Source of the DNA: an uncultured virus (IMG/VR IMGVR_UViG_3300017754_000635)
Taxonomy: Duplodnaviria > Heunggongvirae > Uroviricota > Caudoviricetes
Direction: 5' to 3' (one strand)
Virus record (IMG/VR): IMGVR_UViG_3300017754_000635
Length of the DNA stretch: 20,000 nucleotides
Positions within the stretch are counted from its first letter, which is position 1, and the number at the start of each line of letters is the position of its first letter. Under the pieces are notes generated by a model. It was given only the letters and a program-made list of their open reading frames with translations, was not told where the DNA came from and searched no databases. Positions 14,660 to 20,000 of the stretch are shown here, piece after piece. The translations under genes were made by a program, and so were the position numbers.

Positions 14660-17600
14660 ATGCCGATTTATCAAATCCAAGGCCCGGATAAACGGATTTA
14701 CCAAATTGAAGGCCCGGCGGGAGCTTCTGACGCGCAACTTATTAACGCGCTAAAAAACTACTTGGGCGGGGGGCGCAGCGAAATGCCCATGCCGCCTATG
14801 CCAAAACAAGAACCCTCCGCCCCCGGCATGGGGTCAGCCTTTGGTCGTGGCCTTGAACAACTAATATCGACTGGCAAAACAGCCTTTGGTGCAACTTTTG
14901 GCGACCCCCGTGCCGCCTTGCAAGAATCTTTGCAGCGCCGCGAAGCAATCGGCGCTAAGTACGGCGAATCCCCCGGTTTTGAAGAAGTCAAAAAAGCGTA
15001 CCAAGAGCGCGGTCTGTTTCCCGCTATCGGCGAGTACATCAGCCAGATACCAAGCGCCATAGCAGAACAGGCACCACAAATTGGTACCACTATTGGTTTA
15101 GCTAGGATGGGGGCTGCGGCAGGTCCGTATGGTGCCATTGCTGGTGCTACCGGTCCTTCTTACGGGCTGGCTTACGGCTCCCTGCTAGAACGTGAAGCTG
15201 AAGAACAGCGCCGCCGTGGTGAAGCTGTTGACCCTAGCCGCGCTAAAGCCGCGGCTCTTGCCGTTCCGTACGCTGCCCTTGATGTGGCGGCTACCTTTAT
15301 CCCAATGGGTAGGGGCTTAGTGAAGTCCATATTTGGTGACGATGTTGCCAAGCTACTGTCCCGAGGAGCTACCAAAGAAGCCGAGCAACTTGCTGCTAAA
15401 AAATTAAGCGGTGAAGGATTTTTCAAATCGCTGGGCGTAGGTACAGTCAAAGGTGTTGCAATTGAAGTGCCGACCGAGATCGGCCAGCAAGCTCTTGAAC
15501 GCTTCCAAGCTGGACTGCCTTTGCTTGATAATTCCGCTATGGCCGAATACGGTCAGACTGCGTTTGAAGTATCCAAGCTTGGCCCGATTGGTGCAATCGG
15601 TCGGTTTAGTAACAAAGCAGCAGCGCGGGATCAAGTTAGAACTTTTGAAGCTGAAGAATCTGCACGTACGCGCAAAGAAGCCGCCGACGCAGAAGAGGCG
15701 CGCAGACAAACGCCTGAATACCTGCAACAGTTGCAGAAAGACTTTACTGAGCTTTCGACACAAGAGAAAGCACTGCGGGATGAGCTAAAGCCGTATCAGG
15801 GTAAGAAAGGCAAGAAGGCGCTGGCTGCGCTGGATGAAGAAGAACGCGCGGTAGTTCTTGAAAAATTTGATGAGCTAAAAGACGTTCGCTCGCGTCTATC
15901 CGACATCGGCCCCGAGTACGGCAAACGCAAGACGGCTATTGCTGCGCTGGAAGAAGAAGCGCGCCGCGCCGGTATGACACCTGAAGAGTTCTTCCTTGAG
16001 CGTGTGGGCGGTAAAGAAGCTGCGCAAGCAGCAAAAGCCCCAGCTGCCGAACCTGAGACACGCACTATGGCGGACCTCATGAGCGAGGATTTTTCTTCGC
16101 TGTCTGCCGCTGCGCCGAAAGAAGAAGTCGAAGATCGCGTTGCCCGTTTAACAGAAGGGTTGAAGCGTTCGGCTGAAATTCAGCCAATGTCCGAGGACGA
16201 GTACCGTAACGCCACTGTTGAAGTTCTTATGCGCAACCCCGCGCTTGCCCAGCGCATGGTGGATGAACAGATGCGCATACCGGGGGTATCTGCTAAAGAA
16301 AGCAGAACAATTCTGTCGATACTCAAAGGACAGCTTAAAGCCGCGCCGGGACAGAAAGTTGCCGCTGAGACAGAGGCTTTACAACGCATGGGCGAGCGTG
16401 AACGCCCAACTGCGGAACAGCTTGAAGCCGAACGCCAGCAGATGCGCATCGATGAAGAGCGTTACGCGCTACGCAATATTGCCCAAGACGAGTCAAACCC
16501 TGTTGGCGTTAACGAAAAGCTCAACGAGATCATCGACCTGCTTGGCAAAAAGATGGCACAGCCCGCCGTGCCGAGCGATATTAAACGCGGCGTTGGTGCA
16601 GTAGAGTCCCGCACTATCAAAGAAGACAACGCTAATAACGCAGAGCTTGTTGCTTTGATTGAACAGTACCGCTTGCTGCAACGGCAAAAAGGCGCTGCGC
16701 GTGATGATACGGCGATGGCCGACATGCTGGAAAAGATCCGCATACTGGCGCAACCAAAAAGTGAAGAGGTTGTTACCGAGCCAGTTGGCGAGGATGTGCC
16801 GGGCATGGGCACAACCCCAGAGAAAGGCAAGTACCTTGCGGAAGTTAGCCGCCTACGCGATGAGCAAAATGCGGCGTTTCCAGAGGCTATGTCAAATATC
16901 CTCAAAGCTGAAGAGTATCGTCGCGCTAATCCGCCAGCCGGTACCATCCAAGGCCCGACAGCTAAAGCCGAGCGCCAAACGCTGGTTGATGCTGAAGCCG
17001 CTTCGACTAAGCGGTTTGTTAATGCCGTTCTGCAAGAGATTGAAAACAACCGTCGTGCAGCTGACCTGCCAAGCGTAACGGCTGAAGAAGCCAAAACCAT
17101 CACTGGGCGCATTAACAATATTTTGCGTGAAGCCGCGCTACGCCAGTTTGTGCGGCCAGAAGAAGCCATCAACCGTCTGCGCGAGAACATTGATCAGATC
17201 CGCCGTGATGCCAGCGTTGTTGAACGCAAGCCAAAACAAAAGGCTGAAGAGTACGAAGGCCGTCTGCGCCGTCAGTTTAATGCCCCGGCTCCCGAGGGTA
17301 CCTTGGCTGAACGCAAAGCCGCGCTCCGTGGCCGCATTGAAGATGCTGTAGCCCAGTATGACCTGCCGGCGCAGGATGCTGCCACGCTACGCGATGCTGC
17401 TCGGATGCTTGAAGAGGGTGCTGGCAGTAAAGAGCTGGTTACCGACCTTGAAGATCAGATGTATCGCTACACCACCGGCGACATGGCGATGCTTCCAGAG
17501 ATTGCCGAGCAGTTAAAGCTTGATAAGTCGGTACGTGTTGAAGGCGAACAAGGCAGTCTCTTTACTCCCGGCCAGCAGGAACGTGCTGATGTGCGTGTGG

Positions 17601-20000
17601 CTAAACAACGCCGTGCAGACTTGGAGCGCCGCATCGCAGCGCGCAAGGGTAAGAAAATTACGCTGGAAGAGTTGAAGGCGTATAAGGCTGATGTTGATGC
17701 GCTGGCGCAGCTTATCAAAGACATGCCCGGTATTGAAGCCGCTGGCAAGAAAGCGCCCAAAGCTACGACCCCGTACGGCAAAGAAGTAGCGCCAGAGGCA
17801 ACAGCATTTACCCGTAAAACATCGGAAGAGTTTATTGCACTGGCAGAGAGTGCCCGGAAAAAGCGCGAAGAATCAACGGCTAAAGCAAAAGAAGAAATCA
17901 AAGACGACAAAGACCGTGCAGCCAAGGTTGCGCGGGCAATGGATGTACTCAATGCGCACATTGATGCCATGGGTGCACGTTTGCAGGTATTGGTTAATGC
18001 CGTTAAGCAAGCTCGACGTGTTGCCGCTCGCGCCGGTCGTAACTCGCCCGGAGCCAAAAAGATTCAGCAGGACATCGATAACAGATTGGCTCAAATTGCC
18101 GAAGAGCAAAAGAATTTACAGGGTTTTTACGCCCTGATAAATCAGTACTCCAAGCAGCAAGAAATGTCTGGCGATGCGCTGGTAAGAATTATTGGCGGTC
18201 TGTACAAGCAACGTGACGCGCTAGAAGATAAAGTAAACGCTTTGATGGTGGAGACCACCACCGAAGAAGGCAAGAAGCGTCGTGCGCCAAGAAACGCCGC
18301 TGCAAAAGCAGCAGTAAACAGGTACAACGCTGAAATTAAAGAAACTACTAAACAGATTGATAACCTGATTGAGATATATAAAGCCGACGAAAAAGAAATG
18401 TCCGGCGTTATCAACGCGTACAAAACAAAAATTAAAACAATTGAAAACTTCTTTGTAAAAGCGGAGCCTGAGTTTGATGTAAAAGGCGGAACGCTTGACA
18501 TCCTTGAAGGCGATGCAGAGACGTACTTAAAAGATTACGTTAACCGCAACACGCGAGTTCAAAAGGCGTTGGCGGATGCTGTGTCTTTGCGTGAAGTCTT
18601 TGATAACCTGCAACAGCAGCGCCGTGAAATCCTGAGTCGCCTGAAAGGTGAAGAACGTGCTGCGGCAGCAGTTAAAGCTGCGGAAGGTCCAACTCCGGCA
18701 GAGCGTGTGGCTAAGAGTCAAGCAGCCGCTGAACTGGCTGTGGGTAAAGGCGCGACCGGCGTTCGGGTTGAGCGTAGCGAACTTACGCATCAGATTGAAG
18801 AGCTAAAAGACGAAATCAAAAAGGCTAAAGATTCTGTTGAAGAACAGAAAGCGCAGCGGGAAGAAGCTAGTGGTAAAGAAAAAGGCGCACTGACTCGCCA
18901 GATCAACACGACTGAGAACAAAGAAATCCCGGCGCTGGAAGCAAAGCTGGCCGCGCTGGAAGCCTCGCGTGGCGAAACGGTTAAGCAGTTAAAAACTACG
19001 GAAGCAAAGCCGGAAGCTGCGTTGCCGCAATTCAAGACAAAGAAAGCTCGCCAAGGCGCGTTGGAGAAGAGAGCGGAAGAAGGCGCTGAGTTTTCTGAGA
19101 ATTTTGATGAGTTTAGTTTGGCGCGGGAAGTGTCGGAAGCACGTAAACCCAAAGCCGCTACGCGTAAAGTATCGCCGCCGGAATTACGCACGGCTATGAC
19201 TCCGGAACAAAAAGCTTCGCGCCTGAAAGTCATTATTGAGGCCGCTAAAAAAGTCACAGCAAAGTACGCCAAGCCGGAACCAACAGGCCGTAAGAGTCGT
19301 GCAAAGACCGCGCAGTTTGACGCTACTGCCGTCAACGAAGTAATAAAGCAGCGCGTTAAAGGTAAAAAAAGCAAGACTGTCTTTCGCATTGGCGAGCTTG
19401 GCGCTAAGTCAATTGACCCGGTTGAAGCTGAGAATTTTATTAAGCAAGTTGTTGCTGGTCTCCCAGCCAACGTTAACTTCTACTACGCCCCGACGCTTGA
19501 AGCAGCGCCGGAACAGTTTCACGACTACCTGATCGAAGACGGCATTAAGATTGCCGAAGGTGCTTTGATTAAGGGCGGCGTAATGCCTGACGGCACGGTT
19601 GTCATTATCGGCAATGCCCACGTTTCGCAAGCCGATATGGAGCTGACGTTGGCTCATGAACTAATCGGCCACTACGGTATTGATACTCTGCTAGGCAAGA
19701 GGGGTATGGAAGCGTTGCTTCGTGCTGCAAAACGGCACGAGGGTGGTTTGATGGGTCTGGCCTCGGATCTCGGCCTTGAAGACGCTGTACGAGGCGTTAA
19801 CAATATTTACGACCAGCGCATCGCTGCGGCTAAAGCTAAGGGCGCTTCTGAAAAAACTATCGCCGAGCTTGAACACGCCCGCGAGATGACGCAGATTCGT
19901 GAGATTGTTGCCGAAGCCGCTGAGAAACCACAGCGTCCTTCCGCTTCGTCAAACCGGTTTAAAGAGTTTCTAAAAAACATTATTGCTGCGTTTCGCACGG
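14660..20000 (+). CDS. Giant internal virion / ejection protein (large polyvalent-protein-like) with a zincin-like metallopeptidase motif; partial, runs off the window
   Basis: Absent from the ORF track because it has no stop in the window. Hand translation from ATG 14660 (AGGA upstream) gave 1780 uninterrupted codons, MPIYQIQGPDKRIYQIEGPAGASDAQL...NIIAAFRT. It has a Gly/Ala hydrophobic N-terminal region, a long E/K/A/R coiled-coil region, HELIGHYG at 19655-19678 and a downstream EIVAEAAE. Confidence 0.88.
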   Translation, partial: MPIYQIQGPDKRIYQIEGPAGASDAQLINALKNYLGGGRSEMPMPPMPKQEPSAPGMGSAFGRGLEQLISTGKTAFGATFGDPRAALQESLQRREAIGAKYGESPGFEEVKKAYQERGLFPAIGEYISQIPSAIAEQAPQIGTTIGLARMGAAAGPYGAIAGATGPSYGLAYGSLLEREAEEQRRRGEAVDPSRAKAAALAVPYAALDVAATFIPMGRGLVKSIFGDDVAKLLSRGATKEAEQLAAKKLSGEGFFKSLGVGTVKGVAIEVPTEIGQQALERFQAGLPLLDNSAMAEYGQTAFEVSKLGPIGAIGRFSNKAAARDQVRTFEAEESARTRKEAADAEEARRQTPEYLQQLQKDFTELSTQEKALRDELKPYQGKKGKKALAALDEEERAVVLEKFDELKDVRSRLSDIGPEYGKRKTAIAALEEEARRAGMTPEEFFLERVGGKEAAQAAKAPAAEPETRTMADLMSEDFSSLSAAAPKEEVEDRVARLTEGLKRSAEIQPMSEDEYRNATVEVLMRNPALAQRMVDEQMRIPGVSAKESRTILSILKGQLKAAPGQKVAAETEALQRMGERERPTAEQLEAERQQMRIDEERYALRNIAQDESNPVGVNEKLNEIIDLLGKKMAQPAVPSDIKRGVGAVESRTIKEDNANNAELVALIEQYRLLQRQKGAARDDTAMADMLEKIRILAQPKSEEVVTEPVGEDVPGMGTTPEKGKYLAEVSRLRDEQNAAFPEAMSNILKAEEYRRANPPAGTIQGPTAKAERQTLVDAEAASTKRFVNAVLQEIENNRRAADLPSVTAEEAKTITGRINNILREAALRQFVRPEEAINRLRENIDQIRRDASVVERKPKQKAEEYEGRLRRQFNAPAPEGTLAERKAALRGRIEDAVAQYDLPAQDAATLRDAARMLEEGAGSKELVTDLEDQMYRYTTGDMAMLPEIAEQLKLDKSVRVEGEQGSLFTPGQQERADVRVAKQRRADLERRIAARKGKKITLEELKAYKADVDALAQLIKDMPGIEAAGKKAPKATTPYGKEVAPEATAFTRKTSEEFIALAESARKKREESTAKAKEEIKDDKDRAAKVARAMDVLNAHIDAMGARLQVLVNAVKQARRVAARAGRNSPGAKKIQQDIDNRLAQIAEEQKNLQGFYALINQYSKQQEMSGDALVRIIGGLYKQRDALEDKVNALMVETTTEEGKKRRAPRNAAAKAAVNRYNAEIKETTKQIDNLIEIYKADEKEMSGVINAYKTKIKTIENFFVKAEPEFDVKGGTLDILEGDAETYLKDYVNRNTRVQKALADAVSLREVFDNLQQQRREILSRLKGEERAAAAVKAAEGPTPAERVAKSQAAAELAVGKGATGVRVERSELTHQIEELKDEIKKAKDSVEEQKAQREEASGKEKGALTRQINTTENKEIPALEAKLAALEASRGETVKQLKTTEAKPEAALPQFKTKKARQGALEKRAEEGAEFSENFDEFSLAREVSEARKPKAATRKVSPPELRTAMTPEQKASRLKVIIEAAKKVTAKYAKPEPTGRKSRAKTAQFDATAVNEVIKQRVKGKKSKTVFRIGELGAKSIDPVEAENFIKQVVAGLPANVNFYYAPTLEAAPEQFHDYLIEDGIKIAEGALIKGGVMPDGTVVIIGNAHVSQADMELTLAHELIGHYGIDTLLGKRGMEALLRAAKRHEGGLMGLASDLGLEDAVRGVNNIYDQRIAAAKAKGASEKTIAELEHAREMTQIREIVAEAAEKPQRPSASSNRFKEFLKNIIAAFRT

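Noticed and set aside
391..14737. Minus-strand and nested ORFs overlapping the called genes (e.g. 2664-3266, 5041-5568, 11114-11536)
   Set aside because: They lie within well-supported + strand genes of a tightly coupled operon and show no recognisable protein features.
14758..19998. Many minus-strand and alternative-frame ORFs of 60-240 aa (e.g. 16462-17190, 17467-18057, 18790-19470)
   Set aside because: They are shadows of the giant + strand gene. Their Ser/Ala/Leu/Phe-rich translations mirror its Glu/Lys/Ala codons, and they show no motifs.
1..20000. tRNA, rRNA, structured ncRNA or intrinsic terminators
   Set aside because: Intergenic gaps are at most 34 nt, and I saw no convincing hairpin with a U-tract and no cloverleaf.

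Overview
This is a gene-dense block from the late (lysis, tail, DNA-ejection) region of a tailed dsDNA phage or prophage, most likely a short-tailed (podovirus-type) virion with a P22-like tail and ejection gene order. All credible genes are on the + strand. In order: a membrane-anchored coiled-coil protein, a 3-TM holin, a GH108 endolysin, a short tail fibre, a T2/S16 gp38-like polyglycine adhesin, one small unknown protein, one metal-less cupin-like protein, four tandem divergent 2OG-Fe(II) dioxygenases, a P22 gp10-like tail hub, a needle/knob-like protein, a probable sigma70-type promoter, and a five-gene ejection module (798 aa, GNAT acyltransferase, 364 aa Gln-rich, 642 aa, and a giant >1780 aa ORF). 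The giant ORF starts at 14660, is missing from the supplied ORF track and carries an HExxGH zincin motif. Two candidate systems stand out. One is the oxygenase cassette coupled to an X-Pro-Gly-rich adhesin, a possible virion or receptor-binding-protein modification system. The other is a recurring hydrophobic-A-x-G-G motif plus a tape-measure-like terminal module in the ejection proteins, beside an acyltransferase and a metallopeptidase, which may be a processing or packaging system. Family calls come from motif recognition by eye; no searches were run. I saw no RNA genes, CRISPR arrays or mobile elements.
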